Source: Candidatus Binataceae bacterium (GTDB taxonomy: Bacteria > Desulfobacterota > Binatia > Binatales > Binataceae). From it: a stretch of 64,000 bases of DNA. The DNA is taken from contig DATJXN010000012.1 in the NCBI GenBank assembly GCA_035500095.1, forward strand, positions 1,947-65,946, given 5' to 3'. Shown here one piece after another: positions 11,814 to 20,696 of this stretch. Under the pieces are notes generated by a model, which was not told the DNA's origin, did no database searches, and saw nothing but the letters and a program-made list of their open reading frames with translations. Every line of letters starts with the position of its first letter. The stretch's first letter is position 1. The position numbers and the translations under genes were made by a program.

Positions 11814-12748
11814 ATGACCGCCACCGAGAAGCTCGCCATTTGTGCCGCGTCGGCGTTCGCGCTGGTCGTTGCGTTGACGCCTGCGGCTAAGGCGCTTGCG
11901 CTGCGCTTCAACCTCATAGCTTCGCCCTGCGAGGAATCCGGCCAACCGGAGCCGACGCCGGTGCTGGGCGGTGTGGCTATTGTGCTCGCGGTGATTGCAG
12001 CGCTCGGCCTTGTGGGCGAGTTGCCGTACTGGCTGACGGCCGGGATGGTGGCGTTACTGACGGTCGGCGTCCTGGACGATGCGGTCGCGCTCACACCCTC
12101 GCGCAAACTGCTCGCGCAGCTGATGGTGGTCGCGTTTTTCCTCTGGGCCGCGCCGGCTGCGCCCGAGGTCACGCGATGGCCGTTGGTTAACCTTGCCCTC
12201 GCGGGCTTTTTCATGGTCGCGGTGATCAACGCCTTCAACCTGATTGACGGGCTCGACGGATTGGCCGCCGGGGTCGGAATTGCCGCGACGGGTGCAATAG
12301 GGGTTGTCGCATGGTGGTCCCGTGACCTCGGGCTGGCTTGTGCGGCGCTCGCGGCGGGGGGGGACGCTCGGCGGCTTCCTGTTCTTCAACTTCTACATCT
12401 TCAGCGGCAAGGATCGCAGGATGCGGTTGGTCGGCTTCGTCGACGACGACGCGTTCAAGGAAGGCAAGCTGGTCCATGGCCACCAGGTGCTCGGCGCTTG
12501 ACGATCTGTCGCGAATCTACCTGGCGACCGGGTTTCACTGGATGCTGATCGCCGCCGACGGCATTAGCGAAGACCGGCTGGCGATAGTCAAGGCCTTTGC
12601 CGATGCCCATCATTTGCCGCTCCAGCGCTTCTCTATCGGGGTCAATGAATTCGTTCCTGGCCTGGCCAATGCCAGCGACAACGGCGCCGGAAAGGGAGTG
12701 GTCGCAGAGTCTGCGGCGCCCGCCGTCGCGCGGCCCTCGGCCGCATAA
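11814..12748 (+). pseudogene. decayed, chimeric polysaccharide-initiation gene: GT4 (WecA/MraY-like) N-terminal part joined to a VGFVDDD-type central domain, with at least 2 frameshifts
   Basis: Frame 0 gives VGVLDDAV and INAFNLIDGLDGLAAG (GT4 motifs) up to AALAAGG. After the G8 run (12356-12363) the sense continues in frame +1 (TLGGFLFFNFY...LVGFVDDDAFKEGKLVHGHQVLGA, stop 12499-12501). It then continues in frame +2 (LDDLSRIYLATGFHWMLIAADGISEDRL...). The C-terminal third of the GT4 domain appears to be missing. Confidence 0.6.
12356..12363 (+). repeat. G8 homopolymer at the first frameshift of the pseudogene
   Basis: gcggcGGGGGGGGacg. Removing one G restores ...ALAAGGTLGGFLFFNF... Confidence 0.9.
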
Positions 12749-12933
12749 GAGAATTGTCCGGTACTGAAACATCACCTTGCCGACAGGCTGTGGTTCGGCC
12801 CAAGCAGACCCGGGGACGGTAGTGCGTCTTGTCATCTTCTGGCATTGTAGAAGGGGCGGGGCTGCCCGCTACCGTGTTTAGGCGTATGGCAGGGGCGCGC
12901 GGGATCAGCGCTGAAAAGGGATTGGGAAAGGTT

Positions 12934-13296
12934 ATGAACCGTGCGCGGAAACCAGTGAAGATCGTGCCCAAGGGCTGGGGACGCGAAGTCTGGATCGTGA
13001 ACGGCGATCTTTACTGCGGCAAGATCCTCGAAATTCAAAAGGGCAAGCGCTGCTCGCTGCACTTTCACAAGATTAAAAACGAGTCCTTCTACCTGCGCAC
13101 GGGCCGGCTGAAAATCCGGGTCAAGGAATCGCCCGAGGCCGAGACCCTCGAAGAGTTCGAGCTCGTCGCCGGCGAGTGCATGGACGTTCCGCAGGGACTG
13201 GTGCATCAGATGGAAGCGCTGGAGGACGCCGAATTGTTCGAATTTTCCACCCAGCACTTCGACAGCGATTCTCATCGCCTCGTTCGCGGCGACTGA
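12934..13296 (+). CDS. small cupin-domain protein (sugar-nucleotide-associated type)
   Basis: [56 protein letters not shown] at 12934 follows GGGAAAG. The track start at 12829 adds an unlikely leader. Confidence 0.7.
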   Translation: MNRARKPVKIVPKGWGREVWIVNGDLYCGKILEIQKGKRCSLHFHKIKNESFYLRTGRLKIRVKESPEAETLEEFELVAGECMDVPQGLVHQMEALEDAELFEFSTQHFDSDSHRLVRGD

Positions 13297-13325
13297 ACGG
13301 AATCGGACCGGAACACAGGGAAGCC

Positions 13326-14342
13326 ATGGCCAAAGTTGCACTGATAACCGGGGTTACCGGGCAGGACGGCTCTTACCTCGCGGAATTTCTGGTCAAGCAG
13401 GGTTACGAAGTGCACGGCGTCGTGCGCCGGACCTCGAGCTTCGCCACCGGGCGTATCGACCACATGCGCAAGGGTTTCGGCCACGGCCCTTCGCCCCTCC
13501 AGCTGCACTACGGCGATCTGGGCGACGGCACGGGGCTGCGCGCGATCATCGAGCAGGTCCGGCCCGACGAAGTTTACAATCTGGCCGCCCAATCTCACGT
13601 GCGCATCTCTTTCGACCAGCCTGAATACACCGCCGACGTGGTCGGCTTGGGCGCGCTCCGGCTGCTGGAGGCGCTGCGCGATCACAACAAGCGCCACGGG
13701 CGCGCGGCGCGCTACTACCAGGCGGGTTCGTCGGAGATGTTCGGGCGGGTGGCCGAAGTACCGCAGCGCGAGACGACGCCATTTCATCCGCGGAGCCCAT
13801 ACGCCTGCGCCAAGGTTTACGCGCACTGGCAGACGATCAATTACCGCGAGGCGTACGGGCTGTTCGCCGCCAATGGTATCCTGTTCAACCACGAATCGCC
13901 CCGGCGCGGCGAGAATTTCGTCACCCGCAAGATCACCCGCAGCGCCACCCGCATCAAGCTGGGCCTGCAGGACAGCCTCGCGCTCGGCAACCTCGACGCG
14001 CGCCGCGACTGGGGCTTTGCCGGCGACTACGTCGAGGCGATGTGGATGATGCTGCAGCGGGAACAGCCCGACGACTACGTGGTCGCCACCGGCGAAACCC
14101 ATTCGGTGCAGGAGTTCCTCGAGCGCGTGTTCGATCGGCTGAAGCTCGATTGGCACAAGTACGTACAGACCGACCCCCGGTATCTGCGGCCGGCCGAGGT
14201 TGACCTGCTGCAGGGCGACGCGTCCAAGGCGCGGCGCGTGCTGGGATGGAAGCCGCGGGTGAATTTCCAGCAACTGGTCGAGATGATGGTCGACTTCGAC
14301 CTCGAGTTGGCCGAGCGCGAAAAACGCAGCCGCGGCCAGTAG
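13326..14342 (+). CDS. gmd: GDP-mannose 4,6-dehydratase
   Basis: [35 protein letters not shown]...; an extended SDR with the characteristic Gmd N-terminus and YACAK (YxxxK). Confidence 0.92.
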   Translation: MAKVALITGVTGQDGSYLAEFLVKQGYEVHGVVRRTSSFATGRIDHMRKGFGHGPSPLQLHYGDLGDGTGLRAIIEQVRPDEVYNLAAQSHVRISFDQPEYTADVVGLGALRLLEALRDHNKRHGRAARYYQAGSSEMFGRVAEVPQRETTPFHPRSPYACAKVYAHWQTINYREAYGLFAANGILFNHESPRRGENFVTRKITRSATRIKLGLQDSLALGNLDARRDWGFAGDYVEAMWMMLQREQPDDYVVATGETHSVQEFLERVFDRLKLDWHKYVQTDPRYLRPAEVDLLQGDASKARRVLGWKPRVNFQQLVEMMVDFDLELAEREKRSRGQ

Positions 14343-14470
14343 CGCGCGGCGCCGTCCGATCGGCGCGCCGGCCGTTTTCGATTCATTCTCCGATCGCAAC
14401 CGGTCCGGCCTTGCCCTCGACCGCCGTTTCGCGAAAGTATGGTTTGAGGCGGGGGGCAAGAATCTTCGAC

Positions 14471-15049
14471 ATGGCTGACCGGCGACGCAGATTTTCGGCC
14501 TTCATGGTGCGCGGCGCGATCGCGCGGCACTCGCTCAACGACGAGAGCGCGGCCTTCCCCGAAAGCTTCGCGCTGACGCGCCTGCACGACGCCGTGCAGT
14601 GGGCCCGCAAATATTCCTTTTTCACCTACCCTTTCGTCACTGCGTGCTGCGGAATGGAATATTTTTCGGTCGCGGGTCCGCGCTACGACATCGACCGCTT
14701 CGGCGCCGCGCTGCCGCGCTTCACTCCGCGTCAGGCCGATCTGCTGTTCGTCGTCGGCACCATCACCCAGCGCCAGGCTCCGATTCTGCGCCGCGTGTGG
14801 GAGCAGATGGCGGAGCCGAAATGGGTGGTTTCGTTCGGCGCCTGCACCAGTTCGGGCGGCCCCTACGACAACTATGCCGTGCTCCAGGGTATCGACCGCA
14901 TAATCCCCGTGGACCTCTACATTCCCGGATGCCCGCCGCGTCCCGAGGCCGTGCTCGACGGACTGATCAAACTGCAGTACCGCGTCCAGAACGAACGCCA
15001 GCCGCAACTCTGGTCCACGCTCCATGGCAGCGGACGCAAGCTCGATTAA
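14471..15049 (+). CDS. nuoB: NADH-quinone oxidoreductase subunit B
   Basis: N2-cluster ligand motifs TACCGMEY, GACTSSGGPY and IPGCPPRPE. The start is uncertain (ATG 14471 or ATG 14504). Confidence 0.88.
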   Translation: MADRRRRFSAFMVRGAIARHSLNDESAAFPESFALTRLHDAVQWARKYSFFTYPFVTACCGMEYFSVAGPRYDIDRFGAALPRFTPRQADLLFVVGTITQRQAPILRRVWEQMAEPKWVVSFGACTSSGGPYDNYAVLQGIDRIIPVDLYIPGCPPRPEAVLDGLIKLQYRVQNERQPQLWSTLHGSGRKLD

Positions 15050-16691
15050 CCCGGCGAAGGCCGCCGCCGCCGCCCCCAAAACCGTGAAGCTCACGGTCGA
15101 CGGCCGCCCGCTCGAGGCGCCCGAGGGCACGCCGCTTTTGCAGGCGATGCTCGATGCGGGAATGGATCTTCCGCACTATTGCTACCATCCCAAGCTCAGC
15201 ATCGACGGCAGTTGCCGGCTATGTCAGGTCAAGATCGAGGGGATGCCGAAGCTGCAGATCTCGTGCAACTCCCAGGTGCGCGACGGGATGGTGGTGAACA
15301 CCGCGGATCCGGAAGTCGCGCTGGCGCGCCGCGGTGTGCTCGAACTCCTGCTCGTAAACCATCCGCTGGACTGCCCGATCTGCGACAAGGCCGGCGAGTG
15401 CTGGCTGCAGAATTACGCGATGCGCTTTGGGAGCCGTCATGCGCGGACGCTCGATCCGCGCCGCAAGCATCAGAAACGCATCGATATCGGCGAGCGCATG
15501 CTGCTCGACCAGGAGCGATGCATCCTGTGCCGGCGTTGCGTGCGCTTTTGCCGCGAGATCAGCAAGACCGGCGAGCTCGCGGTCTTCAACCTCGGCGACC
15601 GCTCGGTCCTCGACATCCACGATCGCCGCCTCGACAACAACTACTCGATCTGCACCGCCGACATCTGCCCGGTCGGCGCGCTCGAAAGCAAGGACTTCCA
15701 TCATCGCATCCGCGTCTGGTTTCTCCAGGAAACCGCCAGCATATGTCCCGGCTGCTCCAACGGCTGCAACATCATGATCTCGGAGCATCGCAACCGCATC
15801 TGGCGGCTGACTCCGCGGCGCAACGACGCGGTCAACGACACCTGGATGTGCGACCCCGGGCGCCTGGAATACAAGCCGGTCGATGCCCCTGAGCGCCTGC
15901 GCTCGCCGATGGTCGCCGAGAACGGAGCGCTGGCGCAAGCCACCTGGCAGGGCGCGATCGCAACCGCAGCGGCCGCGATCGCCGCGCTCAAGGCACGCCA
16001 TGGAGATGGCGCGCTCGGGGCGGTCGTGTCGCCCCATTTGACGCTCGAGGAGAATTTCCGCTTCGGGGAGCTGCTGCGCGCCGCCGGTGCGGGCAAGGCC
16101 GCGATGGCCGTGCGCAAGCGCGCGGCCGACGATTTTTTGATCAAGACCGAAAAAGCGCCCAACGCGCGCGGCGTGCGCGAGCTGGGCCTGGTGAGCGGCG
16201 AGGACGACGGGCTCGGCGAGCTCACGCGAGCTCTGGAAGCCGGCGAGATCAAAGGGCTGTATCTTTGCGGCGAGGATTTGCTCGACACGCTTGCGCCCGA
16301 ACGTCTCGCGGCGACCGTAGCGATCCTGGGGCGGCTCGAACTGCTGATCGTGCAAAGCTTGAGGCTCGACCCCCGCCTTGCGGCGGCGGCGGCGGTGGTA
16401 TTACCCGCCACCACCTTCGCCGAGAAGGACGGCTCGTTCATCAATCACGCCGGGCGCGTGCAGCGCATCTACCAGGCGATCGAGACGGCGCCGGGATGGC
16501 TCGGCGACGGCGAGATTTTTACCCGTCTGCTCAACGCGATCGACGGCGGCGAGCGCCGTTTCGATCCCGACGCGATGTGGGCGCCAATGCGACGGGCGGA
16601 TCCGCGGTTCGCCGGGTTTTCGCTGGAGACCTTGGGGGCCAGCGGCGCGCTCTTGAATGGCGCCGGTGCGCAGAGTTCCAGCGTGCGCTGA
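15024..16691 (+). CDS. nuoG: NADH-quinone oxidoreductase subunit G-like (short, 555 aa)
   Basis: 2Fe-2S motif CYHPKLSIDGSCRLCQV...SC; HPLDCPICDKAGEC; CILCRRCVRFC; CPVGAL; CPGCSNGC; then a molybdopterin-oxidoreductase-like region ending LPATTFAEKDGSFINHAGRVQ. An alternative GTG start at 15084 (MKLTVDGRPLEAPEG) would remove the 26-nt overlap with nuoB. Confidence 0.85.
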   Translation: MAADASSINPAKAAAAAPKTVKLTVDGRPLEAPEGTPLLQAMLDAGMDLPHYCYHPKLSIDGSCRLCQVKIEGMPKLQISCNSQVRDGMVVNTADPEVALARRGVLELLLVNHPLDCPICDKAGECWLQNYAMRFGSRHARTLDPRRKHQKRIDIGERMLLDQERCILCRRCVRFCREISKTGELAVFNLGDRSVLDIHDRRLDNNYSICTADICPVGALESKDFHHRIRVWFLQETASICPGCSNGCNIMISEHRNRIWRLTPRRNDAVNDTWMCDPGRLEYKPVDAPERLRSPMVAENGALAQATWQGAIATAAAAIAALKARHGDGALGAVVSPHLTLEENFRFGELLRAAGAGKAAMAVRKRAADDFLIKTEKAPNARGVRELGLVSGEDDGLGELTRALEAGEIKGLYLCGEDLLDTLAPERLAATVAILGRLELLIVQSLRLDPRLAAAAAVVLPATTFAEKDGSFINHAGRVQRIYQAIETAPGWLGDGEIFTRLLNAIDGGERRFDPDAMWAPMRRADPRFAGFSLETLGASGALLNGAGAQSSSVR

Positions 16692-16780
16692 AGCGCTTGC
16701 CGTCGGACGATCAATTGACGCACTCTGTGCTTGCCGACCGGCGCCGCGCGCCGGCGCAAGCCGCAGGGGGAGCAAAGGCT

Positions 16781-18178
16781 ATGGCGAGCGCAGCCGTTTC
16801 CGAAGCGGGAAGCCTCAAGGGCTACGTCGCGACCCATCGCACGCTCGAGACCTATCCGGTCGGCGCGCATCGCTGGGCGATGCTGCTGCTTACCGTGCTC
16901 GCGACGATCGTCTCGTTTTACGAATTCCAGTTCGCGCCGCTGCTGCCGCTGTGGATTCCGACGCTGCACTTCAGCCTGGAAGACTTTACCGGCTTTTTAT
17001 TTTTCGCGGTGCTGCTGTCGGGCGCGTCGGCGATGATCGGCGGACCGCTCGCGGATCGTCACGGCCGCATTATCGTCATCGACGTGTGCCTCGCGATCAT
17101 CATCGTACTGACCTTTGCCAACCTGCTGATGACCGGGTTCTGGTCGTTCGTGATAGTCCGCGGCGCGATGAATCTTACCGCCGGGCTGATGTGGGGCGCC
17201 CTCGGAGGCCTTACCCGCGACATGTCGCCGCGCGTCAGCCGCGGCGCCGCCTTCGGCCTGCTTACGGTGGGCGCCGTAGGATGCATCTTCCTGTGGAATT
17301 TCATCAGCGGCGTGACGCTGCCGATCTTCGGCACCTGGCAATCGCAGATCTGGATCATGGGGCTGTTGTCGATCCTGATGTACGTCCCGGTCCTGCTGTG
17401 GCTCAAGGATCTGCACCCGAACCTGCGCCTGACGATCGTCGAGAGCGAAGCGGCGGTCGCGGCCGATCCCGCCGAGCACCTGCGCGAAGTGAGGATGGAG
17501 GTTCCGGCCAGCGGAAGCGCCGCTTTCAGACAGCTGCTGAGCCATTGGGAAGTGTGGGTCCTGGTCGTCGGCTCGGTGGCCTTTCTGACCCTGTCGATCA
17601 CCAGCCAGACATTCTTCCCGGTGATGTTCAACCGGGCGTTCCATTACACTCCGGCCGCAGCGGCCAAGATGGCGTCCTACTTCTGGCTGCTCAACCTGTT
17701 CATGCTGGTGCCGGCCGGATGGCTCTCGGACAAGCTGCGGATGCGCAAGCCCCTGGTGCTCGTCGGCACGGTCGCCTCGATGGTGGTGCTGATCTGGTGG
17801 ATTGAAACGTTCGCCAATCCGCTGCCGCCGTTCCAGTTGGGCGCGGTCATGTTTCTGCTCGGCGGGCTGGTCGCCTTCGCCTTCATCCCGTGGTGCGCGC
17901 AATATTCGGAGCTGCTCGAGGATATCGCGCCTGCTCTGCAGGCGAGCGGATGGTCGTTCTTCCAGTTGATCTATCGCGGCTGGATCGCGATCTCGGGCCC
18001 GCTGGTCGCATATGTTTCAAGCCATTACGGATGGGCCGCGTGGATGTGGGTGGCCGTCGCCGGCATGGCGACGCTGATTCCCGCGATGCTTGCGATCCGC
18101 GGCGGATGGGCGCCGACCAGAGCTGGACAGGGAGCGGGCGAGCACGCGGCGAGCGCAACGCGCCCATCGCCCGCCTGA
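16781..18178 (+). CDS. MFS-type transporter-like integral membrane protein embedded in the nuo cluster
   Basis: 465 aa from ATG 16781 (GGGGGA upstream). About 12 hydrophobic segments and the MFS loop motif GGPLADRHGR. The upstream 172 codons of the track ORF are Arg/Gly-rich junk overlapping nuoG. Confidence 0.75.
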   Translation: MASAAVSEAGSLKGYVATHRTLETYPVGAHRWAMLLLTVLATIVSFYEFQFAPLLPLWIPTLHFSLEDFTGFLFFAVLLSGASAMIGGPLADRHGRIIVIDVCLAIIIVLTFANLLMTGFWSFVIVRGAMNLTAGLMWGALGGLTRDMSPRVSRGAAFGLLTVGAVGCIFLWNFISGVTLPIFGTWQSQIWIMGLLSILMYVPVLLWLKDLHPNLRLTIVESEAAVAADPAEHLREVRMEVPASGSAAFRQLLSHWEVWVLVVGSVAFLTLSITSQTFFPVMFNRAFHYTPAAAAKMASYFWLLNLFMLVPAGWLSDKLRMRKPLVLVGTVASMVVLIWWIETFANPLPPFQLGAVMFLLGGLVAFAFIPWCAQYSELLEDIAPALQASGWSFFQLIYRGWIAISGPLVAYVSSHYGWAAWMWVAVAGMATLIPAMLAIRGGWAPTRAGQGAGEHAASATRPSPA

Positions 18179-18264
18179 GCCGATTCTGTAAGACTGATAG
18201 TGCGGTTGAAACTCCGGCGGTTTAAACTTCCGGGTTGACATCTGGGATAATTGACGCGAGCGAA

Positions 18265-18798
18265 ATGGCGGTTCGAGTCGTAAAGGTCGCACGTCCGGCG
18301 TCAGGCCTGGTCGGGGCGCTGTCGCTGAGGGCGGTGCTGGTGGGGCTGTGGGTCGCGATGGCCCATCTGTTGCGCAATCTCTTCGGCTTCATGCGCGGCC
18401 GCCAGGACTTCACCGTATTTTTTCCCGAGCAGCGCTTCGTGCACGCGCCCGCGATGCGCGGGATGCCGGTGCTGGTGCAGATGGAGAACGGCAAGGAACG
18501 ATGCGTCGCGTGCGGGCTCTGCGAGTGGGCCTGTCCCACTACCTGCATCACGATCTTCCCCGCCGAGACCGCCGACGAAGTCGAGCGTTATCCGGAAGTC
18601 TTCGACATCGACATGTCGCGCTGCATGTTCTGCGGACTGTGCGAAGAAGCCTGTCCGGAGGAGGCGATCGTGATGAGCCGCGAGGTCGAGATCGCAACCT
18701 ACTCGCGCCGTGGCTCGCTCTGGCACAAGGCCGACCTGCTCGTGCCGCAGGAGCGGCTTAAGACCCGAACCGATTTTCTGCGCCGCCACTATGAATAA
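18265..18798 (+). CDS. nuoI: NADH-quinone oxidoreductase subunit I
   Basis: Two 4Fe-4S motifs, CVACGLCEWACP and CMFCGLCEEACP, and the typical NuoI length and context. Confidence 0.88.
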   Translation: MAVRVVKVARPASGLVGALSLRAVLVGLWVAMAHLLRNLFGFMRGRQDFTVFFPEQRFVHAPAMRGMPVLVQMENGKERCVACGLCEWACPTTCITIFPAETADEVERYPEVFDIDMSRCMFCGLCEEACPEEAIVMSREVEIATYSRRGSLWHKADLLVPQERLKTRTDFLRRHYE

Positions 18799-18804
18799 AA
18801 ACCC

Positions 18805-19461
18805 ATGAGCGCCGCCGAAGAACCGAAAACGCCTGCGCCGCCCCCGCAGCCGTCGCCGCTGCTGCTGAAGGTTGCCGAGCGGCTCGGCCCGCTGGTCGAG
18901 GACCATCAGAGTTTTCGCGGCGACGACTGTATCCATGTCGCGCGCGCGAACCTTCTCAAGGCGGCGCGCGCGCTGCGCAACTCGCCGGACCTCGACTTCG
19001 ACATGCTTCTCGACGTCACTTGCGTCGATTATTTCGGCCAGCCCGACGGCTTTTATAACTCCCCGGAAACCTGGGATCGCAATCACAACCTGGTACGCAA
19101 GCGCGCCCCGTGGCGCCATCGAGTGAACCTGCCCGCGCGCGGCGACGCTCCGCGCTTTGCGATGGTCTATCACCTGGTCTCCACCCGCCTGCTCCATCGC
19201 CTGCGCGTCAAGTGCCGCGTGCCCGAGGACGATCCGACGATCGCGAGCCTGACCGAGCTGTGGGCGGGCGCCAACTGGCTGGAACGCGAGACCTTCGACC
19301 TCTACGGCATCCGCTTCGACGGCCATCCCGACCTTCGCCGCATCTATCTCTACGACGAATTCGTGGGCCATCCGCTGCGCAAGGACTACGCCAAGCACGA
19401 CGAACAACCGATAGAGCCCTATGCCGGACCAGGAGCCAAAGAACCCCGCCGTCCCCGTTGA
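18805..19461 (+). CDS. nuoC: NADH-quinone oxidoreductase subunit C
   Basis: 218 aa. The C-terminal ANWLERETFDLYGIRFDGHPDLRRI is the NuoC/30-kDa subunit signature. Confidence 0.88.
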   Translation: MSAAEEPKTPAPPPQPSPLLLKVAERLGPLVEDHQSFRGDDCIHVARANLLKAARALRNSPDLDFDMLLDVTCVDYFGQPDGFYNSPETWDRNHNLVRKRAPWRHRVNLPARGDAPRFAMVYHLVSTRLLHRLRVKCRVPEDDPTIASLTELWAGANWLERETFDLYGIRFDGHPDLRRIYLYDEFVGHPLRKDYAKHDEQPIEPYAGPGAKEPRRPR

Positions 19462-20659
19462 CGCGCCGCCCGCCGTTGCCGCGGACGAACTGCATACGCC
19501 GACGATGCGGATGCAGATGGGCCCGTCGCATCCGGCGACCCATGGCACGGTCAAGATGGTGCTCGACCTCGACGGCGAGCGAGTGGTCAAGGCCGACATC
19601 CAGGTCGGCTATCTCCATCGCGGCTTCGAGAAGGAGTGCGAAACCGGCTACTACTATCAGAACATCCCGTACACCGACCGCCTGAACTACAGTTCGCCGA
19701 TGCTCAACAACGTCGGCTACTGTCTCGCGGTCGAGAAGCTGATGGATCTGCGCACGCCGCCGCGCTGCGATTTTATCCGGGTGATCGCGGGCGAGATCTC
19801 GCGCATGAGCGATCACTACCTGTGCCTGGGCGCGATGGCGCTCGAGCTGGCGGCGATGACGCCGTTTCTCTACCTGATCGAAGCGCGCGAATTGATGTGC
19901 GACCTGCTCGACGCGCTCTGCGGCGCGCGCGTCACCACCAACTACATCCGGATCGGTGGCGTATCGGCCGACCTTCCCGACGGCTTCGATCGCTTCGCCA
20001 CCGCGCGGCTGGATCGTTCGCTCGCCCTGCTCGACGACGCCGACAAGCTGCTTACGCAAAATCCGGTTTTTCGCGAACGCGTCGAAGGCACCGGCCATAT
20101 GGCGCCCGAGGCGCTGATCGCCCACGGCGTGACCGGCCCGCTTCTCCGCGCCGGCGGCGTACCTTACGACGTTCGCCGCGTGCAGCCGTACCTGGTGTAT
20201 GGGGAGCTGGACTTCGACATCCCGGTCGGCGAGCACAGCGACAATTTCGATCGCTACCTGGTGCGGCTCGAGGAATTACGCCAGAGCCGCCGCATCATCG
20301 CGCAATGCTTTGAAAAGATCCCGGCCGGGCCCGTCAACTCCGACGACCCGCGCGTGCGCTGGCCGCGCAAAGGAAAGGTCTTCGGCCGCATGGAGGAGCT
20401 GATCGATCACTTCAAGCTGGTCACCGAGGGCGGGCTGATACCGCCGGGCGAGGTTTACCACGCGGTCGAGGGCGCCAACGGCGAACTCGGCTTCTATATC
20501 GTGAGCGACGGCACCGGCAAGCCTTACAAATGCCGCTGCCGCGCGCCCAGCTTCTCCAACATGTCGGCGCTGGAGAAGATGATCACCGGCGGGATGCTCG
20601 CCGACGTGGTGCCGACCTTCGACCTGATCAACATGATCGGCGGCGAGTGCGACCGCTAG
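19421..20659 (+). CDS. nuoD: NADH-quinone oxidoreductase subunit D
   Basis: MGPSHPATHGTVKMVLDLDGERVV, GYLHRGFEK and the C-terminal INMIGGECDR. No NiFe-hydrogenase cysteine motifs. Overlaps nuoC by 41 nt if the start is ATG 19421 (alternative ATG 19505). Confidence 0.9.
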   Translation: MPDQEPKNPAVPVDAPPAVAADELHTPTMRMQMGPSHPATHGTVKMVLDLDGERVVKADIQVGYLHRGFEKECETGYYYQNIPYTDRLNYSSPMLNNVGYCLAVEKLMDLRTPPRCDFIRVIAGEISRMSDHYLCLGAMALELAAMTPFLYLIEARELMCDLLDALCGARVTTNYIRIGGVSADLPDGFDRFATARLDRSLALLDDADKLLTQNPVFRERVEGTGHMAPEALIAHGVTGPLLRAGGVPYDVRRVQPYLVYGELDFDIPVGEHSDNFDRYLVRLEELRQSRRIIAQCFEKIPAGPVNSDDPRVRWPRKGKVFGRMEELIDHFKLVTEGGLIPPGEVYHAVEGANGELGFYIVSDGTGKPYKCRCRAPSFSNMSALEKMITGGMLADVVPTFDLINMIGGECDR

Positions 20660-20696
20660 GGCGCTGCCGCGGAGAACCACGCAGGCGTGAGACACG

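Noticed and set aside
14471-14530. Tat-like RRRRF motif at the NuoB N-terminus (MADRRRRFSAFMV), recalling hydrogenase small subunits
   Set aside because: The following segment (RGAIARHSLNDES) is not a hydrophobic h-region. NuoD lacks NiFe cysteine motifs, and the start codon itself is uncertain.
13272-15130. Minus-strand ORFs 13272..14459 and 14075..15130
   Set aside because: Antisense to gmd and nuoB, both of which have diagnostic motifs.
16265-16780. 172-codon N-terminal extension of the MFS ORF
   Set aside because: It overlaps the 3' end of nuoG in another frame and is Arg/Gly-rich. A proper RBS and ATG occur at 16781.
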